Origin: Candidatus Saccharimonadia bacterium
GTDB taxonomy: Bacteria > Patescibacteriota > Saccharimonadia > UBA4664
Reading direction: 5' to 3'
Length of the DNA: 64,000 nt
NCBI GenBank assembly: GCA_041743505.1
Contig: JBGTMQ010000003.1
Span: 89,148 to 153,147 of the forward strand
The position numbers and the translations under genes were made by a program. Position 1 is the stretch's first letter. Every line of letters starts with the position of its first letter. The notes below the pieces were generated by a model. The model searched no databases, was not told the origin of the DNA, and saw nothing but the letters and a program-made list of their open reading frames with translations. Shown here one piece after another: positions 19,296 through 29,401 of the stretch.

Positions 19296-19417
19296 CTACA
19301 ATATTATGCCAGAAAAAAATACATTACACAATAGATACTCGCCTACAAAACTTGTAAAGTATCCAGGTAAATGCTATAATATATACAGGCATACCTACTC
19401 TACCCTTTGGAGCACCC

Positions 19418-19864
19418 ATGGTGGATTCCATATCGCTGCTAACCCTCGGCATCCGGCTGACTCTTGGCGCGACAGCATTATGTATGCTTATTTTAGCAGT
19501 AATCGTCATACGGCAGCGGCGTGGCACAGCACCCAACCGGTTCCTAGCCTGGACCTGCATCATTTTGGCGCTACTTGGAGTACTAGCCTCACTTATCTTC
19601 AGCGACAAGCGCGAAGACCTACGGTACGAGAACCAAGTCAGGAGCGATATTGCCACGGCTTACTCGAGCCAGGTTCAAGTTAACAGTGTCGACCGGTCCA
19701 CAAGTGCTATATCCTTCTACGTAATGCTGCCCGAGAAAAACGGCAACCTGCCCGTGATGGAAGATTGCAACGGAACCGTTATGCAACCCCCCGGCAAAAT
19801 GTGGGATGTCGACATCATGAGCCTGACGCCAAACTGCCAAAAGGCACTCACAGCCGCCTCGTAA
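19418..19864 (+). CDS. hypothetical membrane protein
   Basis: Two TM helices, C-terminal domain with two Cys; own TATAAT promoter and GGAG SD. Confidence 0.65.
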   Translation: MVDSISLLTLGIRLTLGATALCMLILAVIVIRQRRGTAPNRFLAWTCIILALLGVLASLIFSDKREDLRYENQVRSDIATAYSSQVQVNSVDRSTSAISFYVMLPEKNGNLPVMEDCNGTVMQPPGKMWDVDIMSLTPNCQKALTAAS

Positions 19865-19926
19865 CCGCGTCAAGAATATAATAAGGGCCACGCCTAAAGC
19901 GTGGCCCTCTCTCTCGCCCAAAGAAA

Positions 19927-20679
19927 TCAGGACCGGATTCCTAGAGCCCTTAGGCGTGTCGCGGTCTCAGGATCAAGGGTCGCGTTCTGGCTCTGCCTGG
20001 TCAAGGCCTCACCTTCAAGCCGGGCAATTGTCCCCTTAGCCTCTGTCAGCTCTGTGCGAAGTGAAGTAAGTTCCTTATGATGCTGTCGGCTCCCCTGCTC
20101 GGTGGCTCTGTGCGCGTCAGCGAGTTCTTCAGTGAGCTGCTCGATTCGTTGGTTGGCACTCTCAAGCTTAGTCGCTAGCTGCTCGATGATACTCGGATCA
20201 ACCATTGAGCTCCCAGCCTTGGCCTCAGCCAGTTCGGCCTTAAGATCATGGTTAATATTGGTTAATTCCTCGACCCGCCCAATGAGCTTTCGCATCGCCT
20301 CATCCTTTGTGAGAGGCTCCTTCTTCGGCGGTTGCACATCATAAACCACATTCTTATGAGAACTGCTCGCTCGCCTAAGGTGTCCCTGCCTTACGAGGCA
20401 GTCAAACACAGTTTGTTTTAAGGCTGTTACAACGAGCGGTTCATACAGCTGCTGGAGCACTCCCACAATGACTGCCATGATAGCAGTCGTATTCGCGCGA
20501 GCAGGCAGCATATCAAGTTGCTCAACCACAAACTCAGTTGCACCTTCAGCTTCCTTTCTGAGATCGGGGTCCGTAGTTATGCTTGGACCAACAAGGTGGT
20601 TAGGCAAGGTTGCCGGCAAATCCTGCCCTTCTGCCGTGCGGGGCTGAGTCGTCCTGTGCATGCCTTTACGTTCAGGCAT
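19927..20679 (-). CDS. hypothetical coiled-coil protein
   Basis: SD AAGGAGG; long C-terminal heptad region. Confidence 0.7.
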   Translation of the reverse strand: MPERKGMHRTTQPRTAEGQDLPATLPNHLVGPSITTDPDLRKEAEGATEFVVEQLDMLPARANTTAIMAVIVGVLQQLYEPLVVTALKQTVFDCLVRQGHLRRASSSHKNVVYDVQPPKKEPLTKDEAMRKLIGRVEELTNINHDLKAELAEAKAGSSMVDPSIIEQLATKLESANQRIEQLTEELADAHRATEQGSRQHHKELTSLRTELTEAKGTIARLEGEALTRQSQNATLDPETATRLRALGIRS

Positions 20680-20688
20680 GGGCCCTCC

Positions 20689-21333
20689 TTACGTGATGGC
20701 CGTGATAACCGCGGCTAGTTCGTCCGGCACGTTTTGTTGGGCGGTGAGATCAGCCACCCGCCGCTCCAGCTCTTTGGCTCGTTCAGCTACAGGCGTAAGT
20801 CGGGCGACTTCTTTCTTCAGTACCTGCATGGCTTGAATCGCCTCCGCGCGTCTCGCGGCCGATGTCTCCAACGACTGCCGCAACCTATCGCACTCCTCTT
20901 CAGCTTCCACAACCCGCTTGGTAACTATCTCGAGCTCCCGGGTCAGATGCACGATCTGCTCGTCAGGCTTATCAGCTTCAGCCATAGGTGCTTCTTCTTG
21001 GTCAAGGGCGTCTACAGTCTGGCGAGGGCGGGAGCCATGCCTCATCTTCAGACTGTCCGTTTTGGTTGTAATCATACTAGGCGCACTTAGCAAGTTTTGC
21101 TCAGGAGCTATTGCAACTCTATCCATCAGCTCAAGAAGACCGATTCGTTTTCGTCGCTGGAGCTCCCTAAGCGAAAGGAGGACTACGTGCGAAGATAAAC
21201 CCAGCCTTTTCCCAATAGTCAAATGGGGAGATTCTAGCAAGCTGACAGTATCTTCAGTCAGCCCTTGAAAAAGCTGGGTCACTTCCTTCATGACGCTCTC
21301 GATAGGCAGGGATGAATTCCCCCCTTTTCCCAT
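20689..21333 (-). CDS. hypothetical coiled-coil protein
   Basis: SD GAGAGGG; C-terminal coiled coil; 9-bp gap to next gene. Confidence 0.65.
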   Translation of the reverse strand: MGKGGNSSLPIESVMKEVTQLFQGLTEDTVSLLESPHLTIGKRLGLSSHVVLLSLRELQRRKRIGLLELMDRVAIAPEQNLLSAPSMITTKTDSLKMRHGSRPRQTVDALDQEEAPMAEADKPDEQIVHLTRELEIVTKRVVEAEEECDRLRQSLETSAARRAEAIQAMQVLKKEVARLTPVAERAKELERRVADLTAQQNVPDELAAVITAIT

Positions 21334-21438
21334 AACAGTACCCTCTCTGCTCGAAGAACATAAAATATTATAGTATGTGATTCACCTTCACACAACTAAG
21401 CGTACGGTTGGACCAAAGGTGCGAATGATATTAAATGG

Positions 21439-21855
21439 TTATTTCAAACCCAGTGCCTGGTCAATCACCTTGTTAACCTCGGCGTCTGCCAGTTTGTTGC
21501 TAGCCCGGTACACGTGTTCAAAAGTGACATTATACGCCTTGGCCAAAGCAATGACCTCCGCATATATAGGCTTCAACCCCGGATGCTTCACCCGGTACTG
21601 ACCATTAAGCTGCTTACAGACCAGCTCCGAGTCCATATAGGCATGCACCCGTTTGGGCTTATATTTTGTAATGGCTTCAAGCGCCAATTTCACAGCTGTC
21701 CATTCAGCCACATTATTGGTGGTCTCCCCCAAATAAACTCCAAAACCTTCCAAAACCTTATCGTTCATATCCAAAATTACAACACCGCTTGCGCTTGGAC
21801 CTGGGTTACCCCGGGAACCACCGTCGGTAAAAAACTTTAATTCAGCTACCTCCAC
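21439..21855 (-). CDS. rnhA: ribonuclease HI
   Basis: FTDGGSRGNPG, TNNVAE, DSELV, HVYR..NKLAD. Confidence 0.93.
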   Translation of the reverse strand: MEVAELKFFTDGGSRGNPGPSASGVVILDMNDKVLEGFGVYLGETTNNVAEWTAVKLALEAITKYKPKRVHAYMDSELVCKQLNGQYRVKHPGLKPIYAEVIALAKAYNVTFEHVYRASNKLADAEVNKVIDQALGLK

Positions 21856-21857
21856 GC

Positions 21858-22403
21858 CTAACCCTGTCCTGGTTGCTGAGGTTGCTGCTTAACCTGCTCT
21901 TCACGATGTTTAGCATGCTCTTCCCAGTCAGACAGGAAGGTACTGGACGACCAGTTCTTATCCAACCCAACTCCGCTAATCACTTTAATGTTGTGTTTTT
22001 TACACGTTTCCCACTCCGGAATACTGGTTTCATCGATCCGGTCACCACCCTTTGTAAATACATGCGGCTTCAATTGCTCTAATGCCATAATCACCGTTTG
22101 ATCATCCTCAATCTCAAACGGCACCACATAATCAACCTCCCGCAGCGCGCTTACTATCAGCGACCGCGTCCCCAGATCCTGAAACGGCTTGCCTTTCTTG
22201 CGGGTCAAAAAACCATCGCCATTCACAATGACAACCACAGTGTCACCGTATTGCCGGCTCTGCAAAATGCAGCTAATGTGGCCGGGGTGAATCGGATCAA
22301 ACCCGCCGCTAGTAGCCACAATGCGCCCCAAGTGCGGCCGCAATGCCGCTAGCTCCTCAAACGTCACAATCTTGGCACCAAAGTCCTGCATAGTAAGCTC
22401 CAC
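21858..22403 (-). CDS. cytidylyltransferase/adenylyltransferase family protein
   Basis: SGGFDPIHPGH, KGGDR, SSS motif. Confidence 0.85.
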   Translation of the reverse strand: MELTMQDFGAKIVTFEELAALRPHLGRIVATSGGFDPIHPGHISCILQSRQYGDTVVVIVNGDGFLTRKKGKPFQDLGTRSLIVSALREVDYVVPFEIEDDQTVIMALEQLKPHVFTKGGDRIDETSIPEWETCKKHNIKVISGVGLDKNWSSSTFLSDWEEHAKHREEQVKQQPQQPGQG

Positions 22404-22520
22404 CGTTATACTCTGGAACTATAACCCAGATCCGCTCCTCAGCCAACCAACGTGGTTGCCAGACTAAGGGGCAGAGGGCACGGCCGTAAACCGCGCCCAA
22501 CCCTTGAAACATTATCTTGC

Positions 22521-23618
22521 CTAGATGCTCGCCTGCAGCAATTGTGTGGCCCGGGCCACCGCTCCATGATGTTCCGGATTCTCGAGACAGGCCCGCACTT
22601 TGCACCCACGCGCAATATCAGAAAATTGCTTGCGGCCCTGACTCTCGAAGTTCTGCAAGAAATCCGTCTCTTTGACGCAAAACCTGCGCAGGTCTTCATC
22701 GCTCAGAATACCTGGCGACACATCAATGCGCTGCAGCACAGCCCCAACAGCTTGGGCCCCCAGGAAGGTTCCCAGATTACCAAAAACCAACCGCGTGGCC
22801 TTTAGGGCGGTTGGGTGGCGCAATTTCAAGGCAAATCTAGTTACTACCTTACCCTGGTCTTTCTCCTCTGCCGCACTGAACTCCTGAACGAATACGTCTT
22901 CCAGCTGCGTATGATCAGGCAGCCGGCTGATAAAAAACTCAGCTGCCAATCTGAAGCCATGTCCACCACTGCAAGCATGCTCCCATTCGGGATAGTAACC
23001 AAACTTCTGGAAGAAGAATTGCTGGAAAGCAACCTCAAGTTGCTCACGCGCCGCAAACGGTGGGTGGCCGTCTTCACGCGCAGTTGAGCCAAGGCCCATA
23101 TTCAGACCAGTGCCAAAGATGGCATAGCCGTAGGAGTCGCCGTCCTGAAAGTTACCCGATCGCAATTCAGCATAATCGTGCTGGTTCAATAGCGACAGAC
23201 CATAATACCCGGCTTGGCCGTCGTTCAGCCAGTCCGTCGAGAAGCCAAACAATGTCGAGCTTTCGGTCCGGTCAAACTCAGGCCAGCCCTTAAGGTTAGT
23301 GAACCGCAGAAGACCACGGCGCGGCACTGGTCCCGCCAAAAACGCCGCTCCCACTACTGGCCGGCATCCGAAATAAATCTGAGCTGCAGCCGTAGCGTGC
23401 ATCAAATCCTGATAATACTGAGCCGGCTCACGTACCTCCAGCTCATCAACTACTCTGCCGGCACGGTTAATCAGCACCGACCGGAATGTCGACCCGCCCA
23501 ACGGGAATGCTACCGCCAAGTCCGCGTCACGCGGCAGGCTCTGGGCTCTCTCCTGCAAACGGTCACGAGCACCAATAGGCAACGGACGACCTTCCGGTCC
23601 TGCCTGAACAGTCATCAC
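22521..23618 (-). CDS. glucokinase (Glk)-like protein, divergent
   Basis: AGPV, FTNL..W, LND..A, GTGL..G, EDGH, E..CSG; phosphate-1 motif reads PLGGS rather than DIGGT. Confidence 0.65.
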   Translation of the reverse strand: MMTVQAGPEGRPLPIGARDRLQERAQSLPRDADLAVAFPLGGSTFRSVLINRAGRVVDELEVREPAQYYQDLMHATAAAQIYFGCRPVVGAAFLAGPVPRRGLLRFTNLKGWPEFDRTESSTLFGFSTDWLNDGQAGYYGLSLLNQHDYAELRSGNFQDGDSYGYAIFGTGLNMGLGSTAREDGHPPFAAREQLEVAFQQFFFQKFGYYPEWEHACSGGHGFRLAAEFFISRLPDHTQLEDVFVQEFSAAEEKDQGKVVTRFALKLRHPTALKATRLVFGNLGTFLGAQAVGAVLQRIDVSPGILSDEDLRRFCVKETDFLQNFESQGRKQFSDIARGCKVRACLENPEHHGAVARATQLLQASI

Positions 23619-23763
23619 AGCAACCTCCTAGAGGTCATGGTTGATTGGAAACACCAAAGCAAATGCCATGCTAGACAACAAGATTTCAAGGCGGGTTCGA
23701 GCGAAACGCTTAAACACAAATACTACAATACACTAAAAACCAGCTTTGTAAATAGCTGGCTGA

Positions 23764-24249
23764 TTAATTCCGGTTAATATGCACTCTCGTCGAACTCGAG
23801 CTGTGGTTCGAGCCCTGTCCACCGGAGCTACTCTGGTGGACGCTATTACTGACTGAGATGTTCGTCGAACCCGAAGAACCATCCTCCGACGTATCAGTAC
23901 AATTAATCTCAATGTCTGAATCCGGACCCGTACTCTCTACATCAATTGTTTCCGGGCAGGGCGAAGCAGCCGGACGTGCGGCCGCACGCGGAGTCAACAC
24001 CGGCGTCGGCGCGGGTGTCAAAGTCGGCGCGGGCGTCGAGGCCACAGGCACATTAGCAACCAAATGCTCCTCACCATCCACAACGAGGCTTATCGAATCA
24101 TCCAAGATCTGGATGGCCACCCGCACAGCCTGCGGATTCACATCAGCCACCGACGGCTCAACTCGTTGCCCAGCACTAAACAAACCTGCCGCAACAACTA
24201 TTGCGGCCAAGCTCAGAAAAACAACTTGTGTACGCAAACCACTTAGCAT
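23764..24249 (-). CDS. secreted/anchored protein with Pro-Thr linker and Ser/Gly-rich tail
   Basis: N-terminal signal/TM, TPAPTLTPAPTP, low-complexity C-terminus; third gene of sipW operon. Confidence 0.7.
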   Translation of the reverse strand: MLSGLRTQVVFLSLAAIVVAAGLFSAGQRVEPSVADVNPQAVRVAIQILDDSISLVVDGEEHLVANVPVASTPAPTLTPAPTPVLTPRAAARPAASPCPETIDVESTGPDSDIEINCTDTSEDGSSGSTNISVSNSVHQSSSGGQGSNHSSSSTRVHINRN

Positions 24250-24283
24250 AACAACGCGCGATTTATATCTCTATCTTACACTA

Positions 24284-25483
24284 TCAACGATGATAAATAG
24301 CTCGGATCGCCGCCAGCAACCGGTCTCGGGCGGCGTGTACAGCCGACCGGTGTTTGGTGTGAGCCACAGACAGGCACTGGCTCAAATTACTCTTCTTGGC
24401 AGCCGCCTCCACCGACGTCACGAGCCGGTCCTGAGCCATACCGAAGCTGGCTACCTCAGCCCTCTCCGCAGACTCAAAAACCCGGTTGTATGCTTCACTA
24501 CCCCGGCTCATAGGTGCCGGATCAAGCACCTGGGTCTTAAATTGCCCTTCAGCCTTCCCAACCTGATGGTCATAGCTGGCCGCTCCTGCATCAAACCGGC
24601 CCGCCGCATCAGCTGCCGCTAATTCCGCACGCCGGTTTGCCAGACAAACCTTTATGTCGGTTCGCAACTGCGCACTAGCTGCATGAATAGCCTGCCCAAA
24701 CACCCTATGTGCCTCACGCAACAAAACCGACCGGCTTTTGCCACTTACAGCCGTCAGAGTATTATGCGTCAGTGCCACACTACCTACGGTGTTAGCATAC
24801 GTCTGGCCCGTAATGATCAAGGCCACCCCCGCCACAACCACCATCAGCCGTGGACCCATGCTATCGAGTGATCGCACTCGGGAACGCTGACGAGGCTTAG
24901 ACTGAACCTCGGCCACCAATGACCCGGCCGGAGGCTCATCAGGCGGGTCAATCTTCGAAACCGAATCACTGCCCGGCCTAGACTCCTGTGTCGCAAAAAT
25001 CCGACGCAAATTGCGAACCTCAGCCCAAATTACTACCAACCCCGGAATAACCACCAAGGCCAGCAAAATAATCGGATTGTGCAATAACGCCAGCAAATAC
25101 CCCGCCGCCGGCACAGTCATTGCTACCCGGCCCACAATCCGCCCGGTCGGAATCGGCGCGTCAGCCCGGTCGTTCGCATCACCCTTCGCCGTTATTGTCG
25201 GCAACCGGTCTATCACCTGTTTCGAAACTACCCGGTGAGTTATTGTCTGCCTAGAATTGGCCAGGCTAGTGTAGGTCACAATGTCACCAGGCTTAATCTC
25301 ACTCGTCGGCACCCGGTGAACCAGCACCAAGTCGCCTGGCTGTATAGCCGGTTTCATGCTGCCAGTCAACACATTAAGTGCTTTCCAGCCGCCGACAGGC
25401 ATCATGAACATCACGATCAAGCTTGCGCAGATCACGTACACTCCGATACCCAGCCATTTAGCGATGATGCCGGCTATGCCCAT
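24284..25483 (-). CDS. sipW: SipW-type (S26B) signal peptidase I with C-terminal extension
   Basis: VLTGSMKPAIQPGDLV, ITHRV, KGDAN..D, IVGRV; Ser-His dyad type. Confidence 0.85.
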   Translation of the reverse strand: MGIAGIIAKWLGIGVYVICASLIVMFMMPVGGWKALNVLTGSMKPAIQPGDLVLVHRVPTSEIKPGDIVTYTSLANSRQTITHRVVSKQVIDRLPTITAKGDANDRADAPIPTGRIVGRVAMTVPAAGYLLALLHNPIILLALVVIPGLVVIWAEVRNLRRIFATQESRPGSDSVSKIDPPDEPPAGSLVAEVQSKPRQRSRVRSLDSMGPRLMVVVAGVALIITGQTYANTVGSVALTHNTLTAVSGKSRSVLLREAHRVFGQAIHAASAQLRTDIKVCLANRRAELAAADAAGRFDAGAASYDHQVGKAEGQFKTQVLDPAPMSRGSEAYNRVFESAERAEVASFGMAQDRLVTSVEAAAKKSNLSQCLSVAHTKHRSAVHAARDRLLAAIRAIYHR

Positions 25484-25506
25484 ACCGAGCGCCCTACCTT
25501 AATTGT

Positions 25507-26064
25507 TTACGGAGTTGATGCCGAAAATTCCAAGTCGAAGCCACCGTTACCACTAACGGTGCCGCTATTCAAAGCACCCATCTCAAGACTCACCCAGGCT
25601 TCAAACTTTGTATCATTACCATTTGCAGGTACCGTCTCTGCCAAAGCTATACCCGAAGTACTTAAGTGAGCCAGGTTGTCCGAGGTAATCTCGCCCCCGG
25701 TCGTCCTAACATGAACCATCACTTTAGTTTTATCCATATTTTCAAATCCGCTAACATTAGTTGCCACCGCGCTCAAAGTCACATCCTGACCAGTTGTATT
25801 CTTCATCCAAAACAAACCGTGAGTCGAACCATTACTGTTTGGGACCAGGGAACCAAAATCAAAGCCCGATAACGCAGTTCCAAACGTACCTGCCCCTGAC
25901 TCACCGCCATCAGGTGCAATCTGCAGGCCGGCTGAAGCCGTCAGCGTATTACCAGTTATTTTTGTCGCCCCAACTTCAAGTGCAAAAGTTGCCCCCAGTA
26001 TCAGCGCTCCAGTGGCGCCAATTATCGCAAAAGAACGCGCAATTGATAATGTACGTGCGTGCAT
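25507..26064 (-). CDS. TasA/CalY-like protein with SipW-class signal peptide
   Basis: ..GALILGATFA|L...ITGNTLTA, F.SLVP, KNT, C-terminal FDLEFSA; directly upstream of sipW; SD GAGGTG. Confidence 0.7.
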   Translation of the reverse strand: MHARTLSIARSFAIIGATGALILGATFALEVGATKITGNTLTASAGLQIAPDGGESGAGTFGTALSGFDFGSLVPNSNGSTHGLFWMKNTTGQDVTLSAVATNVSGFENMDKTKVMVHVRTTGGEITSDNLAHLSTSGIALAETVPANGNDTKFEAWVSLEMGALNSGTVSGNGGFDLEFSASTP

Positions 26065-26173
26065 ACCCACCTCACCTCTTATTAATCTTATACTAGCCTC
26101 AAAATACAAAAAACGCTAGCACCAAGCTCACAAAGGTAGCTATTGGATCCCGGACCTAGCAAGACGTGTTCCG

Positions 26174-27031
26174 TTAATGCGCACTAGCGAAGTCCTTCAT
26201 AAATGTAACGGCTGGTGTGGCGTGCGTTTCGAGAAGAAAGTGCCCACCGTCCAAGATGTGGGCTTCCATACGCGGTAAGTCCTCCATCCACGAAAGCGTT
26301 TCGGCAAGGTCAAAGAAGGCATCGTGTCGCCCCCACACCATAAGAGCAGGCGGTTGATAGGTACGAAGATAGTCTGAGATAGAACCAAACCCTGCAACGT
26401 AGTTGCCGTAGTCGGCAATCAGTGATCGCTGAGCTGCTAACCGGCCTGGGAGGGACATCACGCGCCAATCCTCCTCCCAAACGGATGGGGAGATTTTTTG
26501 GGCTATATCATCCGGCACGTCGCCTACATACTGGTAGCGAACACCTTCGAGTGTTAAATGTGCCGAGGCAGCGGCTTTATTTTCACTATTAGGATGAGAC
26601 CAAAATGCCAGCGTATCCTTCCATTGTGGGCCAAATCCAGTCCGATGGGCATTTGCGTTCTGTATGATCAGACCTCGGACCAATTCCGGGTTGTCCATAG
26701 CGATGCGAAGCCCAACAGGAGCCCCAAAGTCATGTAGGTAAACATACCGCTCACCTACCTGCAGATGATCGAGAAGTTCGGCTAAAGCCGCTGCGTAACC
26801 GTCGAACGTTGTATTCCTTAGCACGTCAGAACTACCAAATCCAGGCATATCGGGCGCGATCACATAGGCTACGTCAGCTAGAACTGGGATAATTTCGCGG
26901 AACGTGTTGGCCGAACTTGGAAACCCATGGATCAGTAGGACTGCAGGACGTCTTTTGTCACCGGCCGAAACAAAAGACAGTTCAGCTCCGCCTGTCAACT
27001 TGATCGAAGATCTTGTAGCGGTGGTTAACAT
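26174..27031 (-). CDS. alpha/beta hydrolase (epoxide hydrolase/dehalogenase-like)
   Basis: HGFPSS, APDMPGFG.S, HDFGAPVG, WGRHD, GGHF.LE. Confidence 0.9.
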   Translation of the reverse strand: MLTTATRSSIKLTGGAELSFVSAGDKRRPAVLLIHGFPSSANTFREIIPVLADVAYVIAPDMPGFGSSDVLRNTTFDGYAAALAELLDHLQVGERYVYLHDFGAPVGLRIAMDNPELVRGLIIQNANAHRTGFGPQWKDTLAFWSHPNSENKAAASAHLTLEGVRYQYVGDVPDDIAQKISPSVWEEDWRVMSLPGRLAAQRSLIADYGNYVAGFGSISDYLRTYQPPALMVWGRHDAFFDLAETLSWMEDLPRMEAHILDGGHFLLETHATPAVTFMKDFASAH

Positions 27032-27115
27032 AAAGCTAATTATAGTGGATAGTAGCTGTACCGCTCAATCATTCGGTGTGACGGTCGAAAAGCCAGGGGA
27101 TACTCGCCGATAAAC

Positions 27116-27838
27116 CTACCCTACCGCGTAGCCCACCCGGATATTCCTATCCTTCCGCTTCAATTTGGTCACCCGGATTGTCCCCAACTCTTTAAGACTA
27201 CCAACGTGAGTACCGCCGCACGGTACCCCAAAGCCATCAAACTGCACCACTCGAATCGGTTTATTAGCCGGAAGGTTGTCCGGAACATGACGGCATATAC
27301 GCTTTAGCTCATCAAACTCCACAAATCGGCAGCTCACGGGCAAATCTTGCTTGATATACTCGTTACCCAGCTTCTCGATCTGCCGCATCAACTCATCCCG
27401 CTTTTCCAAATCAAACTGACCGTCATACTCAACATACGGATTATCCGGGAAATGGTACCCACGGCCAGGTATCCACGCCACGCCAAGCTGGCTCACCGCC
27501 ATATCAATCAAATGCCCGCCCGAATGCAGCCGGCAGTTTAACCGGCGTCGCTCAGCATCAACCACCATTCGCACATCCTCACCCTGAATAAAAGACCTGC
27601 CCTCAAAGTGGCCGATATGACGTACCACTCCATCATCAAACCGAACTTCCTCAACCACAAACTTAGTATCTTCGTTCTGAATAATACCGGTGTCATACGG
27701 CTGGCCTCCGCCCTGCGGATATAGAATAGTCTGATCAAGATAAACGACGCTCCGGCCGTCTTGCTGCTCAACCCGCTCCACGTAGGCGCCAGCTTCAAGA
27801 TCATGCATATTTTCTAAATAAAGCAGGTTAGTACTCAT
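27116..27838 (-). CDS. alaX: alanyl-tRNA editing protein AlaX
   Basis: LDQT..YPQGGGQP.DTG, HSGGH, CGGTHV. Confidence 0.88.
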   Translation of the reverse strand: MSTNLLYLENMHDLEAGAYVERVEQQDGRSVVYLDQTILYPQGGGQPYDTGIIQNEDTKFVVEEVRFDDGVVRHIGHFEGRSFIQGEDVRMVVDAERRRLNCRLHSGGHLIDMAVSQLGVAWIPGRGYHFPDNPYVEYDGQFDLEKRDELMRQIEKLGNEYIKQDLPVSCRFVEFDELKRICRHVPDNLPANKPIRVVQFDGFGVPCGGTHVGSLKELGTIRVTKLKRKDRNIRVGYAVG

Positions 27839-27866
27839 AGCCAGAATGTTAGTCCGAATAATCGAT

Positions 27867-27942
27867 ATTGTCAAACATTTTGACAATCATTCTACTACTT
27901 ATACAATTGACGCCACTTTACATAATGTCTATAATTTTGACA
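27867..27942. promoter_or_regulatory. two TGTC-N9-GACA palindromic operators and a sigma70 promoter between alaX and trmB
   Basis: ATTGTCAAA-cat-TTTGACAAT (27867-27887) and TGTCtataatttTGACA (27926-27942) overlapping TTGACG-17-TATAAT. Confidence 0.6.
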
Positions 27943-27945
27943 ACT

Positions 27946-28698
27946 ATGAACGACTACACCGCCCTTCTCGAACAATTTGGATTTTCCCCGAAACAGAGCG
28001 CCCTATACTTAGCCCTGCTCGAATTAGGTCAAGCTGACGTCGCTGATATCGCCCGCAAAGCCAATATCAAGCGACCCACCGCCTACGTTTTGCTTGGCGA
28101 CTTGCAGGAAAAAGGCTTTGTTAGCCTGCAAGAAGGCTCAAACCGCCAATACCAGGCCGAAGATCCTAGAAAAATACTGGCGTATCAGAAAGCCAAGGTA
28201 TCGCAGCTCGAAAAAGTCCTCCCGGGCATACTTGGGCTTGCCAGCCAAAGCGAACATAAACCAGGTACCCGTTTTTTCTCTGGCAAGGACGGCATTAAAG
28301 CCGTCTATGAAGAAAGCCTCCTCCAGCCAGCCGGCTCTGAAATGCTTGCCATCGGTATTGCCGAATCAGTCGAGCGTAGCATTGAAGACTTTCAAAATTG
28401 GTACATAAGACGCCGCACAAACAGCCGCATCACTATGAGAGCCATTATCCCATCCACCACAGAAGGGCTCAAAGTAGCCGCCCGCGACGTCCAAGAGTTA
28501 CGCGAAACTCGCTTGATCAAGCCAAAAGACTTCACCGAGCCAGTTGAACTAAATATTTATGGGAATAAAGTATCAGCCGTTTCATTCGTCGAAAATGAAC
28601 TAATTGGCGTCATCATAGAAAGCCAAGTTCTAGCCAACGTCCATCGGCAAATGTTTGAGTTGCTATGGAAGTCAGCCAAAAAACAAACCACCAAATAA
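27946..28698 (+). CDS. TrmB family transcriptional regulator
   Basis: FGFS.KQ..LYLALLELG, IARKANIKRPTAY, RFFSGKDGI, QMFELLW. Confidence 0.88.
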   Translation: MNDYTALLEQFGFSPKQSALYLALLELGQADVADIARKANIKRPTAYVLLGDLQEKGFVSLQEGSNRQYQAEDPRKILAYQKAKVSQLEKVLPGILGLASQSEHKPGTRFFSGKDGIKAVYEESLLQPAGSEMLAIGIAESVERSIEDFQNWYIRRRTNSRITMRAIIPSTTEGLKVAARDVQELRETRLIKPKDFTEPVELNIYGNKVSAVSFVENELIGVIIESQVLANVHRQMFELLWKSAKKQTTK

Positions 28699-28759
28699 TG
28701 TAGGCATAACAACGCCGCCCTTGGGACTTGTAGTCCCGTAGGCGGCGTTTATCGTCAGC

Positions 28760-29158
28760 TTAGGCCGTAACAACCGCAGACGGTTCGAGCACAACATCGC
28801 CGTCCAAAAACGGTTGACAGTGTAGGATGCTCGACGTATAGGTCTGGATAACATTCGGCCACTCTTTGTCACGCATGTTCCCGATCAGCCAGTGGTTATC
28901 CGGGAAGTCACGCTCAACCTCAGCCAAGTTCCTGACTGTGCCTCCCAAGAAATACATTCCTGACCTGTTGAGCTCATCGCTGGTGAATGTCAAAACCTCA
29001 TCCGAGCCTTCAACGACATCGTAGAAGTAGAAGCCATAGGCACGATCCGGAACCTCTAGCACTTCGATGTCGCGCGAATCAACCTGTCGTTCAATTGACT
29101 CACTCACCAAGATACCAGGGAACCAGAACTTAGCGTAAGTCTGGCGTACAAATGCCAT
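28760..29158 (-). CDS. hypothetical protein
   Basis: SD AGGAGG, TTGACA promoter, downstream hairpin. Confidence 0.7.
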   Translation of the reverse strand: MAFVRQTYAKFWFPGILVSESIERQVDSRDIEVLEVPDRAYGFYFYDVVEGSDEVLTFTSDELNRSGMYFLGGTVRNLAEVERDFPDNHWLIGNMRDKEWPNVIQTYTSSILHCQPFLDGDVVLEPSAVVTA

Positions 29159-29401
29159 GACTGCCTCCTAGTTGTAGCTGACTACAGGTAGCAAAATACT
29201 ACCAGCCTGTGTAACAGTACCATGCAACAGCTTATTTGTCAATCAAACCGCCCTTCCGAAAAACTTCATTATCCTGACCGATTAACAGGCGCTTTTTTGA
29301 CGCAATTGTGCTATTTATAGCTTTTTACGTACGAGCTAACCACCTCATCAGGAGTGGCCATCCTGCCATGTCTATCCTGCAACCAATTTTGAAAACTATC
29401 A

